Positions 30,685 to 41,290 of a stretch of DNA of 64,000 bases are shown here, one piece after another. The stretch's first letter is position 1. Each line of letters starts with the position of its first letter. The translations under genes and the position numbers were made by a program. The notes below the pieces were generated by a model. The model worked only from the letters and a program-made list of their open reading frames with translations, was not told the origin of the DNA and did no database searches. This DNA comes from Bdellovibrionales bacterium (GTDB taxonomy: Bacteria > Bdellovibrionota > Bdellovibrionia > Bdellovibrionales > JAUICD01), in assembly GCA_965262715.1 (NCBI GenBank), contig OZ253553.1:1664001-1728000 (forward strand). Direction: 5' to 3'.

Positions 30685-31686
30685 TTATGGTGAGCCATTT
30701 CCATTTTGACAAGCTGTGATTAAACCTTGCTTAATACCAGGTCCGTGAGCTGTTCCAAAGGTTATAAGTCCATTGCCAGGTAATTCTAAGATAGATTGAA
30801 CAACTGCTTCATCACGTTTTAGGATTAATGATACAATATTATTATTTATCACTCTTAGCCTTCTTATATTTCTAAGAGCCTCACTTCTGATCCTAAGCCA
30901 CTCGAGAAGATCTTCAAATACATTTCTTGAAATTGAACGAGGAGGTGAGATATGATCATTTATAAAAGAAATAATCTGTGAATGTTGATAGGGTGTAACA
31001 TGAACATCTTTTTTGACAAGTTCCTTCCAGTAAAAAAAACTATTTAATTGAGTAATTGTTTCAATGATTAAGTTCCTATCTTCCAATGGATATAGTCTAA
31101 CTCTTCGAAAAACTCCTGGATGATTTGCGCGAACAATAGCCCTGGCGGGATGTAAAAGGAAAAGTAACTGATCTGTCTTACTTGCATCCCAGTCTGGTAA
31201 ATGATTGAATCTCATACCAATGGAATCTAGATTATCTAAATAATTTAATGAATACTGAAGAAAGTCTCGGTCATTTAAATGATTATCAGTTGCGTTAGTG
31301 TAAGAAGTATATCTATTACCAGCTTCAATACCAATCCAATCTATTTTTCCAGACTTAGCTAACTCTAGGATCTTTTCAGCATCGGACTGTTCAGATTCAA
31401 TTATCGCCTGATATTTTTCAATAATTTGATTCAAAGGAGCTACAGCATCTTCTGGTTCATGAGACTCTAGAATCTCATGAACCTCTCTATCCTCAGTGAA
31501 GGGATGTTCTGTAAATAGGGTGTATATTTGTCTATCACCTATTTGACCGACTTCCACACCTTCAATTTCATAATCAGAAAAAGCGCAAGCTTCCATCTGG
31601 GCAAATGCCAATGGATAACCAAGTAGGCTCACTATATAAGAAATAAATAGTGCAGATAAAAACTTTTTGGAATTTATGATAGACAT
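30685..31686 (-). CDS. Secreted paralogue family protein
   Basis: Same motifs as 28799-29761. Confidence 0.8.
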   Translation of the reverse strand: MSIINSKKFLSALFISYIVSLLGYPLAFAQMEACAFSDYEIEGVEVGQIGDRQIYTLFTEHPFTEDREVHEILESHEPEDAVAPLNQIIEKYQAIIESEQSDAEKILELAKSGKIDWIGIEAGNRYTSYTNATDNHLNDRDFLQYSLNYLDNLDSIGMRFNHLPDWDASKTDQLLFLLHPARAIVRANHPGVFRRVRLYPLEDRNLIIETITQLNSFFYWKELVKKDVHVTPYQHSQIISFINDHISPPRSISRNVFEDLLEWLRIRSEALRNIRRLRVINNNIVSLILKRDEAVVQSILELPGNGLITFGTAHGPGIKQGLITACQNGNGSP

Positions 31687-31879
31687 CCTGTTTCAAGCCT
31701 TTTAATATTTTAAATTGTAAATGAGAGATATGGCAAATGAATTGTGGTTATATGTAGATGTGGTTTGACAAAATAAGTAAAATATATACTATTCTAGGAT
31801 CTGGCAGTCGGGCGATCCGGCAGCTGTATCAGATAACAGGGAGCTATTTTAAGTTTAAAAAGTGTCCTTGAGTGTTATA

Positions 31880-32908
31880 TTATGGAGAGCCATTTCCATT
31901 TTGACAAGCTTCTATTAAACCTTGTTTAATACCATGAGCATGATCTGTTCCAAAAAGTATAAGTCCATTGCCAGGCAGTTGTAAGATAGATTGGACAGCG
32001 GTTGCATCACGGCTTAGAATTGATGATACAAGATTATTATGTGCTACTCTTAGCATGTCCAAATATCCAATATTATTGATGTCAATCCTAAGTCCATCAA
32101 AAAGAGCTTTAAATACATTTCTTGAGATAAGACGAGGCTTAGGTGAAAAATGATTAGTTATAAAAAGGGCAATTCCTGAATGTTGAAAAGGTGTAATATG
32201 AGTATCTCTTTCAAGAACTCCTGCCCAATATAGAAGATTGTCTAAGTGAGAAGTTGACTCATTATCTTCTTGATCCTTGTCTTCTAATGGGTACACTCTC
32301 ACTCTACGAAAAATTTCAGGATGATTTACACGAACAATAGTAGATGCATGATATATAAGAGAAAGTAATTGATCTGTTTTATTTGCATTCCATTCGGGCA
32401 GATGATTAAAGCGTCTGGTTAGGGCACTTCGATGGCGTGAATAAAGTGAGTCTATTTGAAGAAGGTTCTGGTCATTTAAATAATTGTTATCAGTCATGTT
32501 AGAGTAGGAAGTGTAACTATTAAGAGCTTCAATACCGATCCAGTCTATTTGTCCAGACTTAAGTAGTTCTAAGATCTTTTGAGCGTCGGCTTGTTCAGAT
32601 TGAATAGTTTCTTGATGCTTGTTGATCAATTGGTTTAAAGTACCTACAGCATCTTCACTGAATCTATGAGACTTCATGATCTCAAAATACTCATTATCTT
32701 CATTAGTAAGGTGGCTTGTAAATAATGTATATATTTGTCTACCACTAATTTGTCCGATTTCAATACCTTCTATTTCATAATTAGAAAAACTACAAGCCTC
32801 AGGTTGAGCAAATACTAATGAACTGTTTAACAGACCTATCGTGTAAAAAATACATATTGCATATAAAAATTTCATGACACTCATAGTGAATACATCCTTG
32901 TTTTTCAA
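31880..32908 (-). CDS. Secreted paralogue family protein (likely start ~32884)
   Basis: Same motifs as 28799-29761; upstream DNA ~32985-33090 resembles ~31760-31860. Confidence 0.8.
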   Translation of the reverse strand: MKNKDVFTMSVMKFLYAICIFYTIGLLNSSLVFAQPEACSFSNYEIEGIEIGQISGRQIYTLFTSHLTNEDNEYFEIMKSHRFSEDAVGTLNQLINKHQETIQSEQADAQKILELLKSGQIDWIGIEALNSYTSYSNMTDNNYLNDQNLLQIDSLYSRHRSALTRRFNHLPEWNANKTDQLLSLIYHASTIVRVNHPEIFRRVRVYPLEDKDQEDNESTSHLDNLLYWAGVLERDTHITPFQHSGIALFITNHFSPKPRLISRNVFKALFDGLRIDINNIGYLDMLRVAHNNLVSSILSRDATAVQSILQLPGNGLILFGTDHAHGIKQGLIEACQNGNGSP

Positions 32909-33249
32909 GGTTTATTTTACATGTTAAATTATAAGCGATATATATATCAATAATTTTTTTTTTAAACAACGTAAGTTAAAATAGAAGTGGTCTGATAAAA
33001 TAAGTAAAATACATATTATTCTGGGATCAGAAAGTCCGGCAATCTGGCAAGGCCAGTATCAGGTAACAGGGATCTGTTTTAAATTTAAAAAATTTCCTCT
33101 TATCTAAAGTAAAAAAGGAAATACTTTTTAAATATATAGTCAGTTAAGTTCAAGGTTTTTGAAACTGATTTAATTGAACTGATACTTTTCACTTGACTTA
33201 TCAATCTCAAACTCAAAGCAATAAAATCACCTAAAATGGAGACTTATAC

Positions 33250-33687
33250 ATGACTAAATATTTTATTTTATCTTTTATATTTGTTTATTCTATTAATGCA
33301 AATGCTGATATGTGTGACTCTCAGTTTTGGGAGGACCCGTCAAGAGAAGAAATTGATAGTTTTTTATTTCAAGGTGAAGTGGGTTTAGATAATTCAAACC
33401 AAACTGTGGACGCTCTTTTTGAAGATTGTGAAAACGGTAGAAAACCTATTGAAATTGCTAGTGAGACAGCTAGTCATGCCATCATTACTTATTTATTATG
33501 TAAGGTAGCTGTTAATGCTGTTTTTAATGAAACTTTACCGTATTTAATCAGTCATTTTCGAGATGATCATGAAGGGCAATTTAATCTCGGGGTATATGTT
33601 ACAGTGAGCCTGCCTGAAATTGGAGGGATAACAGGCCTTACAATACAAGCGAGTTCTTGTTACTGTGAAACTCGTATTTTTCAATAA
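33250..33687 (+). CDS. Hypothetical secreted protein (possible degenerate ankyrin-like segment)
   Basis: GGAG RBS, signal peptide ending ANA, 'ENGRKPIEIAS'. Confidence 0.6.
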   Translation: MTKYFILSFIFVYSINANADMCDSQFWEDPSREEIDSFLFQGEVGLDNSNQTVDALFEDCENGRKPIEIASETASHAIITYLLCKVAVNAVFNETLPYLISHFRDDHEGQFNLGVYVTVSLPEIGGITGLTIQASSCYCETRIFQ

Positions 33688-33700
33688 AAATCATTGTAGA

Positions 33701-35200
33701 TTATTGCGTAGTGGGGATCAATAAGACTTGCCCTATTCGCAGATAATTGGGATTAGAGATGTTATTGACCTTGATTAGCGACTCATGAGAGACCTTAAAT
33801 CTTCTAGCAATTTTAAGGAAAGTATCTCCCTTTTTAACTCTGTATACTAATTTATCTTTTTCAATCTTTCTTGGAATATCTTCAAGGAAGTCTTTGGATT
33901 TTCCTTTTTGAAGATAAAGATTTGTTCCTTTGGGAATACTCCAATAACCTTTTCTAATGTTTGTGCTCAAGTGAGAGTTGTATAAATAAGTAAGGTCTCT
34001 ATTATTATCAAAAAATGAAACTAAATAAGAGAATGGAATAGGAGACTTAACCTGAACTGTTTCATAGTCTAACTTTTTGGCCCAGGCAGGAGATTGATTG
34101 TCTGATGGCATAAAGTATTTATCAGCATTTTGTTCTACAAATACAGCAGCTAAAAAGCTAAAATAAAAGTTAGCTGATGCAAAACCAAAGCGTCGAGATC
34201 GCTTTTTACTTTCTATTATCTTTAGTAAGTCCGATGTCCCGTGCCTTTTAAATAGGCGTCTCATTCCATATAAACCAAAATTATAGGCAGTGACTGCTGC
34301 TGGCCAATCTTTTAGTCTTTGAAAATTATGTCTTAACATTTTAGCAGCAGCCCTTGTGGCTACAATGGGGTCATTTCTTTCATCGACAAATGCGGTAACT
34401 GTCATATATTGGCGGCCTGTTCTGGGCATAAATTGCCAAATACCACTTGCGCCCACTCTTGATCTGGCAGAGAGATTAAAAGAACTTTCAACAAATGGGA
34501 GTCTTGTTAACTGTAAAGGTAAATTAGCTTTTTTAAAAATAGATTCCATCTTTTCCAAATATCTACCTGAATAAAATATCCCATAGAAAAACCGATCTTT
34601 TTGACCTAGTTGAAATCGTATACGTCCACCTGTGGCTGCTTTCTTATATTTTTTAGGATCTTTAATACGTTCAAATAAGTCCCAAAACTTTTTCTGTTCT
34701 AAAGACCATTTACTCTTTTCTTTAGGGTTCAGTTTTGCTAAAGAGAGAATTGTGTTTTTGATATGTTTTTTTTTCGAGTTAATAAACTTTTCTCTCTGTG
34801 CAATACGTTGGGTTTCTTTAAGTTGAGGTTCTTCTTTTGAAAAATCAATCACTTCATATACCAAATGAGGGTGGATAGAATCATGCAATACTCCTTGATC
34901 TGTGGAATACTTAGAGTAAATATCTACCCAAAACTGCCAATTTTCCCTAAGATTTTCAGGCACAGCAAACATATTTGGAGAAGCACCTAAGATAGACTCT
35001 TGATTTTGATAATTAGGAGGTTTCCAAGGTGTGACTTGTTTTTTATCTTCTAAAAGATGAGTGTATTCCTGATGACTTACAATCAATCCAGAGGAGGCTT
35101 GTACCGTAAATCTATAAGAAAAAATAATTATTATAGCTATTATGGCTATAATATAATAGAGATTTTTAGTTAATAAAAACAGTCGTTTTGTAAACATCAT
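33701..35200 (-). CDS. Lytic transglycosylase with C-terminal LysM domain
   Basis: VESSF, GASGIWQFM, DERND, AYNFG; YRVKKGDT...LRIGQVLLIP. Confidence 0.9.
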   Translation of the reverse strand: MMFTKRLFLLTKNLYYIIAIIAIIIIFSYRFTVQASSGLIVSHQEYTHLLEDKKQVTPWKPPNYQNQESILGASPNMFAVPENLRENWQFWVDIYSKYSTDQGVLHDSIHPHLVYEVIDFSKEEPQLKETQRIAQREKFINSKKKHIKNTILSLAKLNPKEKSKWSLEQKKFWDLFERIKDPKKYKKAATGGRIRFQLGQKDRFFYGIFYSGRYLEKMESIFKKANLPLQLTRLPFVESSFNLSARSRVGASGIWQFMPRTGRQYMTVTAFVDERNDPIVATRAAAKMLRHNFQRLKDWPAAVTAYNFGLYGMRRLFKRHGTSDLLKIIESKKRSRRFGFASANFYFSFLAAVFVEQNADKYFMPSDNQSPAWAKKLDYETVQVKSPIPFSYLVSFFDNNRDLTYLYNSHLSTNIRKGYWSIPKGTNLYLQKGKSKDFLEDIPRKIEKDKLVYRVKKGDTFLKIARRFKVSHESLIKVNNISNPNYLRIGQVLLIPTTQ

Positions 35201-35255
35201 ATTACACTAAAGTTGGATTAAAAAATATAACTGAATAAATATTATTTTAAAACGT

Positions 35256-36677
35256 TTATATGACAAGAGACAACATCATTTCATCTATAAATTGAATAAC
35301 ATCATAATTGCTTTTTGGTCCATTATATATAATAGCAAAAACTTTTATATCTCCATCTTTTGCTTTTAAATAACCCGCCAATCCAATAACTCCATTAATT
35401 TGTCCTGATTTTGCCCTAACTTTGCCTTTTACTTTGGCATTTTGCATGCGAGATTCTAATGTGCCGTCTTCTCCTGAAATAGGTAAAGATGAAACAAATT
35501 CATAACTATGAGAAAAACGGTTATGATATATTTGTAGGAGCTTTACAAGAGAATGAGGCTTAAAGCGATTTTGACGAGATAGTCCAGCCACATTGGATAT
35601 CTCAAAGTCAGCAGATGAAAACCCTAAAGATTTAAGATGAGAATAAACAACTTTAAGTCCTTCTGGTAAACTTCCCACTTTAGCTCCTTTAGCCAATGCT
35701 AATTGTTTGGTAAGCATTTCAGCAATGAAATTATTGGAGTATTTCATCATAAGGCGTACAAGTTCCGCAATAGTCTCTCCTGGAGAGGAAGCTACAACTT
35801 GAGATTTGAGAGGTGTTCGTCCTTCCTTAACTCTACCTTGCACTTTAATATTTCTTTGACTTAAAAAAGCTTTTAGGTTTTCACCAGTCCATATTGCAGG
35901 TTGAGTGATTTTTCTGTAATAGATCTTTTCTTTATGGTTCAAAGGAATACTACCAGAAATTCCTATTTCATTTATTTTGTCTCGAGATGCAATCGGCATG
36001 CTTTTAACAGAAACTCTTAGTTTTTTGCCGCGTGTTTTAGTATCATTAATCAGTTTAATAGGATCAGCAATCGGATCTAGATAAACATGAGCTTTTGAGT
36101 TGTTTTTCTTTCCAGGATTTAAAAAAACATTTACAACATTCCAGTTAAAAGAAAGAGCTCCCACATGAGCATCATAAGCTCTATCTGTTGGTGTTAGTCT
36201 ATTAGGATCTCTATTGACAGAATCAAAAAGAGAATCATCTACTATAATATCTCCTTGTATTTGATGAATCTGTCTTCTCATCAGTTCATTTACAAGATAC
36301 CACATTCTCTCTGAGGTGAAAGAAGGATCTCCAAAGCCTTTTAAATATAAAGGTCCATGTAAGACTCCTTTTTCAATTTTCTTGTTGACAAGCAACTGTG
36401 TTTCAAAAGTGTGACCAGTATTAAAGACATCCAATACAGTACCTGCAATAAGTATTTTTGTAAGGGATGCAGGTATTTTACTCATTTCAGGGTGAAGTGC
36501 ATATTCAAGATCATTTGTTGATAGATCTTTGATAACAAAGCTTAAGTTTGACTTAGAAATACGGTGTTTTTTAATGAGTTTGTCAATACGTGATTGAAAT
36601 GAAGAAGTCTCTACAGAAGCTAGTACAGAAAAAGACAAACACATCAAAGAAATAATGATGAAATGAATAACCCTCAT
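35256..36677 (-). CDS. dacB: D-Ala-D-Ala carboxypeptidase/endopeptidase PBP4
   Basis: PASLTK (SxxK), GDPSF, SNN, GLSRQN, KSG. Confidence 0.9.
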   Translation of the reverse strand: MRVIHFIIISLMCLSFSVLASVETSSFQSRIDKLIKKHRISKSNLSFVIKDLSTNDLEYALHPEMSKIPASLTKILIAGTVLDVFNTGHTFETQLLVNKKIEKGVLHGPLYLKGFGDPSFTSERMWYLVNELMRRQIHQIQGDIIVDDSLFDSVNRDPNRLTPTDRAYDAHVGALSFNWNVVNVFLNPGKKNNSKAHVYLDPIADPIKLINDTKTRGKKLRVSVKSMPIASRDKINEIGISGSIPLNHKEKIYYRKITQPAIWTGENLKAFLSQRNIKVQGRVKEGRTPLKSQVVASSPGETIAELVRLMMKYSNNFIAEMLTKQLALAKGAKVGSLPEGLKVVYSHLKSLGFSSADFEISNVAGLSRQNRFKPHSLVKLLQIYHNRFSHSYEFVSSLPISGEDGTLESRMQNAKVKGKVRAKSGQINGVIGLAGYLKAKDGDIKVFAIIYNGPKSNYDVIQFIDEMMLSLVI

Positions 36678-36704
36678 AAAACATTTATAACATCTGTATA
36701 CACT

Positions 36705-37481
36705 TCATTTCAACAATAAAGATGATCTTATAAAATAAACAAAATAAAAAACACAAACCACAATAAATATTAAACTTACCCATGAAGACAGACTTAAGGA
36801 TAGGAAAACTTCTCCTCTAAAATCACCTCTAAAAGGTTCTATAATCAATCGACTTATACTGTGGAGTAAAAGCCAGAAATAAAAGAGACCTCCTTTTAGC
36901 AAAAACTTCTTTTTTTCTATAAATAAAATGAGTGTAAAAATTATAAACTCAGATCCAGAAAGGTAAAGCTGTGTAGGATGCAAAGGTATATTGCCAGGTG
37001 CAACCACATCAGATGAAAATGTCACAGCCCATGGAATTGAAGAGGGGTTACCATAACAGCATCCTCCTAAAAAACATCCTATTCGACCTAAAGCATATCC
37101 AAGTGAGATAATAGGTGTAAAAAAATCCATCCAGACAGTTAAACTATCTTTATGATATTTGATAACAATAAAACATCCTAAAAAAGCAAATAAAAAACCA
37201 CCATAAAAAACAAAGCCTCCTTGATAGAGTAAAAAAATATCAAGAGGATGTTTGAGGTAATAATCTGGATATTCAAAGACAACATGAACTAACCTAGCTC
37301 CTAGTATTCCAAAAATCATAATAACAAGTGAGTAATCCAGTGTTCTATGAGGAGAAAGTCCTTTTTGATCAGCACGTCTTACAGCCCAAAGTAGGCAAAA
37401 ACAACAGATCACTGACATCATAAAAATATAAGTAGAAAGCAAGAAAGAAGAATTGAAGGTCAAAGAAGGATACATCATCAC
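36705..37481 (-). CDS. lgt: Prolipoprotein diacylglyceryl transferase, copy 1
   Basis: GARL, GGFVFYGG, GRIGCFLGGCCYG, HPTQLY. Confidence 0.9.
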   Translation of the reverse strand: MMMYPSLTFNSSFLLSTYIFMMSVICCFCLLWAVRRADQKGLSPHRTLDYSLVIMIFGILGARLVHVVFEYPDYYLKHPLDIFLLYQGGFVFYGGFLFAFLGCFIVIKYHKDSLTVWMDFFTPIISLGYALGRIGCFLGGCCYGNPSSIPWAVTFSSDVVAPGNIPLHPTQLYLSGSEFIIFTLILFIEKKKFLLKGGLFYFWLLLHSISRLIIEPFRGDFRGEVFLSLSLSSWVSLIFIVVCVFYFVYFIRSSLLLK

Positions 37482-37510
37482 ACCTCAGGCACTTACTATT
37501 GGCCTTTTAA

Positions 37511-37744
37511 TTATGAGTTTTCATTATTGGCCTGCACAATGAATATACTGAAAATGAAAGCACTAAGTATTGCCAATATCCAATAATATATACTTTTTTT
37601 AGTTTTAATCACATGATACTGGCCTGAAAAGATTTTTAACCCTCTAAGTTCTCCTTCATTATCTTTTGTTCGGATAGTATTTCTTATTTTTGAAGATGTA
37701 ATAGCAAAAATATCATGTAAGCTATTTAATAAAGCTTTACGTGT
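37511..37744 (-). pseudogene. 3' fragment duplicate of the 41057-41941 gene, truncated by the IS
   Basis: TRKALLNS...NNENS identical to the C-terminus of the 41057-41941 product; the ORF's N-terminus comes from IS sequence. Confidence 0.85.
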
Positions 37745-39697
37745 CCTGAGTTTGACACTTAATTTGAATTTTCGTGATATTTTTTTCAAGGAATGTTGTA
37801 TTTATAGTCATTAGCGGTTATTGTGTTTGTATTTTGGTCAAAAAGTGTAGTGTACTTATTTATCATACACTACGCGTCATATACCTTATTTTCTTTTATT
37901 TTTTATATTTTTCTTGTAATGTATTTTTATGTTCATAAGGTCTACAAGAAATCCGAGAGGAGACATATATTATCATCTTGTTGAGAGCTACAGATTAGGT
38001 TCTCAAGTGAAGCAAAGGATTCTAATGTCTTTAGGTAAAGCCGCGGATAAGGAAGTTAACTTGAAGAAGCTTCTAGACGTATTATCTAAAGAGTTAGAGA
38101 TAATTCCTGCTAGTAAGTTATTAAAAGAGATTGATGTAAAAGACACTTTTATTTTAGGTCCTTTGCTTATAATAGATACTATTTTTAAACAATTAAATCT
38201 CTATAGATTATTAACAGATTTAAAACAGAAGCATCGTAAAGTGCAATTTGATTTTGTTAAGATTATTTTTACATTGGTTATAAGTCGTTTTGTAGAGCCT
38301 TGTTCTAAGCTTAAAGTATTTTCACACTGGCAGAAGTTATTTTATCCTGATTTTTTAGAAGGGGAGCTTCATCTTCAAGACATTTATCGTTCTTTAGATA
38401 TTCTAAGTAAGCATAAAGAAGATATAGAGAAGACTCTTTATATGCGAGGTAAGTCTCAATTAAGTTTTTTCAATGAGTGTGATGTTATTTTGTATGATTT
38501 AACGACATTGAGATTTGAGAGTACCCGTGAGGATTTAGATAATCTTCGAAGGTTTGGTTATAGCAAAGAGAAGAGGAGTGATTGCACACAAGTGGTATTT
38601 GGACTTTTAGTAGATACAGAAGGTATGCCCTTAGGCTTTGATGTTTATCCTGGGAATACATTTGAAGGTAAAACAATACCTTCAGTTATGACGAAGCTAA
38701 AAAAGAAGTTTAAGATCAGAAGATTTATATTAGTAGGAGATAGAGGTTTATTTTCTAATGAGAATCTCCAATCATTAAAAGCAAAGGGAGATGAATTTAT
38801 AGTAGGATTAAAGCTAGGTTTATTAAAGGATCGTCATGCAGAGATATACAATTTAAAGAATTTTAAATTTATAAATGAAGATTTAGCTATATACGAGACA
38901 AGCTATAATAATGATCGTTGTATAATTACCTGGTCGAGAAAGAGAGCAGAACGAGATAAGAAAGTAAGAGAAGATATTCTATCTAAGATAGAAGCTCAAT
39001 TATCAAAGAAGTCCATAAGCACAAGATCTTTTTTATCTAATAGTAATTATAAGAAGTATATTGTTCATCCTAAGAGTAAAGGCAAGCCTACTTTAAATAA
39101 GTCAGCTATAGAACAATCAGAGAGGACAGATGGTTTTTTTGGAATAATTACAAACACAGATTTAAGCTCTGAAGAGATTATAATGAACTATAAGCAATTA
39201 TGGAAGGTAGAGAATTCATTTAGAGAGTTGAAGGGTACATTAAAGACACGTCCTATGTTCCACTGGACAGATAAGAGGATATTAGGTCATTTAGTTGTGT
39301 GTTTTTTATCTTACTTATGTGAGGCTTATTTTGCAAAGAAGTTACATCAAAGAAACATCACATTAAAAGATAAAGCGATCACAGACAAGAGAATAAAGTC
39401 AAGGCCATTGAGTGTAGCGGAAGCTATGTCAAAGCTGAAAGAAGTACGAGCTATACCTGTCAGATATAAAAACAAAACTATTTGGATAAGAACAGATATT
39501 TATGGCAATAACGCTGATGTATTTAAAGCTATAGGAGTTAAGATCCCATCAAAACAACTTAAAATTGAATCTACTTAAACCTACAAACAATCTCTTAAAT
39601 CTCTACCACAAAATCAAAATGTAGTGGTACAAAATCACACATCCACTGTAACTAACTAAAATAACTCAACTTTATTTTCGCAACTGTCAAACTCAGG
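37745..39697 (+). mobile_element. IS1634-family insertion sequence (1953 bp)
   Basis: 13-bp TIRs CCTGAGTTTGACA / TGTCAAACTCAGG enclosing one transposase. Confidence 0.9.
37929..39578 (+). CDS. IS1634-family DDE transposase
   Basis: Y.LVESYR..VKQR N-terminus, YDLTTLRFE, GYSKEKRSD, GDRG, Y..LW.VE.SFR.LK..L..RP..HW. Confidence 0.9.
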   Translation: MFIRSTRNPRGDIYYHLVESYRLGSQVKQRILMSLGKAADKEVNLKKLLDVLSKELEIIPASKLLKEIDVKDTFILGPLLIIDTIFKQLNLYRLLTDLKQKHRKVQFDFVKIIFTLVISRFVEPCSKLKVFSHWQKLFYPDFLEGELHLQDIYRSLDILSKHKEDIEKTLYMRGKSQLSFFNECDVILYDLTTLRFESTREDLDNLRRFGYSKEKRSDCTQVVFGLLVDTEGMPLGFDVYPGNTFEGKTIPSVMTKLKKKFKIRRFILVGDRGLFSNENLQSLKAKGDEFIVGLKLGLLKDRHAEIYNLKNFKFINEDLAIYETSYNNDRCIITWSRKRAERDKKVREDILSKIEAQLSKKSISTRSFLSNSNYKKYIVHPKSKGKPTLNKSAIEQSERTDGFFGIITNTDLSSEEIIMNYKQLWKVENSFRELKGTLKTRPMFHWTDKRILGHLVVCFLSYLCEAYFAKKLHQRNITLKDKAITDKRIKSRPLSVAEAMSKLKEVRAIPVRYKNKTIWIRTDIYGNNADVFKAIGVKIPSKQLKIEST

Positions 39698-40223
39698 AAA
39701 GAGCTCCCACATGAGCATCATAAGCTCTATCTGTTGGTGTTAGTCTATTAGGATCTCTATTGACAGAATCAAAAAGAGAATCATCTACTATAATATCTCC
39801 TTGTATTTGATGAATCTGTCTTCTCATCAGTTCATTTACAAGATACCACATTCTCTCTGAGGTGAAAGAAGGATCTCCAAAGCCTTTTAAATATAAAGGT
39901 CCATGTAAGACTCCTTTTTCAATTTTCTTGTTGACAAGCAACTGTGTTTCAAAAGTGTGACCAGTATTAAAGACATCCAATACAGTACCTGCAATAAGTA
40001 TTTTTGTAAGGGATGCAGGTATTTTACTCATTTCAGGGTGAAGTGCATATTCAAGATCATTTGTTGATAGATCTTTGATAACAAAGCTTAAGTTTGACTT
40101 AGAAATACGGTGTTTTTTAATGAGTTTGTCAATACGTGATTGAAATGAAGAAGTCTCTACAGAAGCTAGTACAGAAAAAGACAAACACATCAAAGAAATA
40201 ATGATGAAATGAATAACCCTCAT
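39693..40223 (-). pseudogene. dacB: Truncated 5' duplicate of dacB
   Basis: First 176 aa identical to 35256-36677; ends in the IS right TIR. Confidence 0.9.
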
Positions 40224-41290
40224 AAAACATTTATAACATCTGTATACACTTCATTTCAACAATAAAGATGATCTTATAAAATAAACAAAATAAAAAACAC
40301 AAACCACAATAAATATTAAACTTACCCATGAAGACAGACTTAAGGATAGGAAAACTTCTCCTCTAAAATCACCTCTAAAAGGTTCTATAATCAATCGACT
40401 TATACTGTGGAGTAAAAGCCAGAAATAAAAGAGACCTCCTTTTAGCAAAAACTTCTTTTTTTCTATAAATAAAATGAGTGTAAAAATTATAAACTCAGAT
40501 CCAGAAAGGTAAAGCTGTGTAGGATGCAAAGGTATATTGCCAGGTGCAACCACATCAGATGAAAATGTCACAGCCCATGGAATTGAAGAGGGGTTACCAT
40601 AACAGCATCCTCCTAAAAAACATCCTATTCGACCTAAAGCATATCCAAGTGAGATAATAGGTGTAAAAAAATCCATCCAGACAGTTAAACTATCTTTATG
40701 ATATTTGATAACAATAAAACATCCTAAAAAAGCAAATAAAAAACCACCATAAAAAACAAAGCCTCCTTGATAGAGTAAAAAAATATCAAGAGGATGTTTG
40801 AGGTAATAATCTGGATATTCAAAGACAACATGAACTAACCTAGCTCCTAGTATTCCAAAAATCATAATAACAAGTGAGTAATCCAGTGTTCTATGAGGAG
40901 AAAGTCCTTTTTGATCAGCACGTCTTACAGCCCAAAGTAGGCAAAAACAACAGATCACTGACATCATAAAAATATAAGTAGAAAGCAAGAAAGAAGAATT
41001 GAAGGTCAAAGAAGGATACATCATCACACCTCAGGCACTTACTATTGGCCTTTTAATTATGAGTTTTCATTATTGGCCTGCACAATGAATATACTGAAAA
41101 TGAAAGCACTAAGTATTGCCAATATCCAATAATATATACTTTTTTTAGTTTTAATCACATGATACTGGCCTGAAAAGATTTTTAACCCTCTAAGTTCTCC
41201 TTCATTATCTTTTGTTCGGATAGTATTTCTTATTTTTGAAGATGTAATAGCAAAAATATCATGTAAGCTATTTAATAAAGCTTTACGTGT
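39698..41290 (+). repeat. 1593-bp direct repeat, right copy
   Basis: Matches 36152-37744; abuts the right TIR. Confidence 0.95.
40251..41027 (-). CDS. lgt: Prolipoprotein diacylglyceryl transferase, copy 2
   Basis: Protein identical to 36705-37481. Confidence 0.9.
   Translation of the reverse strand: MMMYPSLTFNSSFLLSTYIFMMSVICCFCLLWAVRRADQKGLSPHRTLDYSLVIMIFGILGARLVHVVFEYPDYYLKHPLDIFLLYQGGFVFYGGFLFAFLGCFIVIKYHKDSLTVWMDFFTPIISLGYALGRIGCFLGGCCYGNPSSIPWAVTFSSDVVAPGNIPLHPTQLYLSGSEFIIFTLILFIEKKKFLLKGGLFYFWLLLHSISRLIIEPFRGDFRGEVFLSLSLSSWVSLIFIVVCVFYFVYFIRSSLLLK

Larger units (their letters stand above)
36152..37744 (+). repeat. 1593-bp direct repeat, left copy
   Basis: Appears identical to 39698-41290; abuts the left TIR of the IS. 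Confidence 0.95.
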
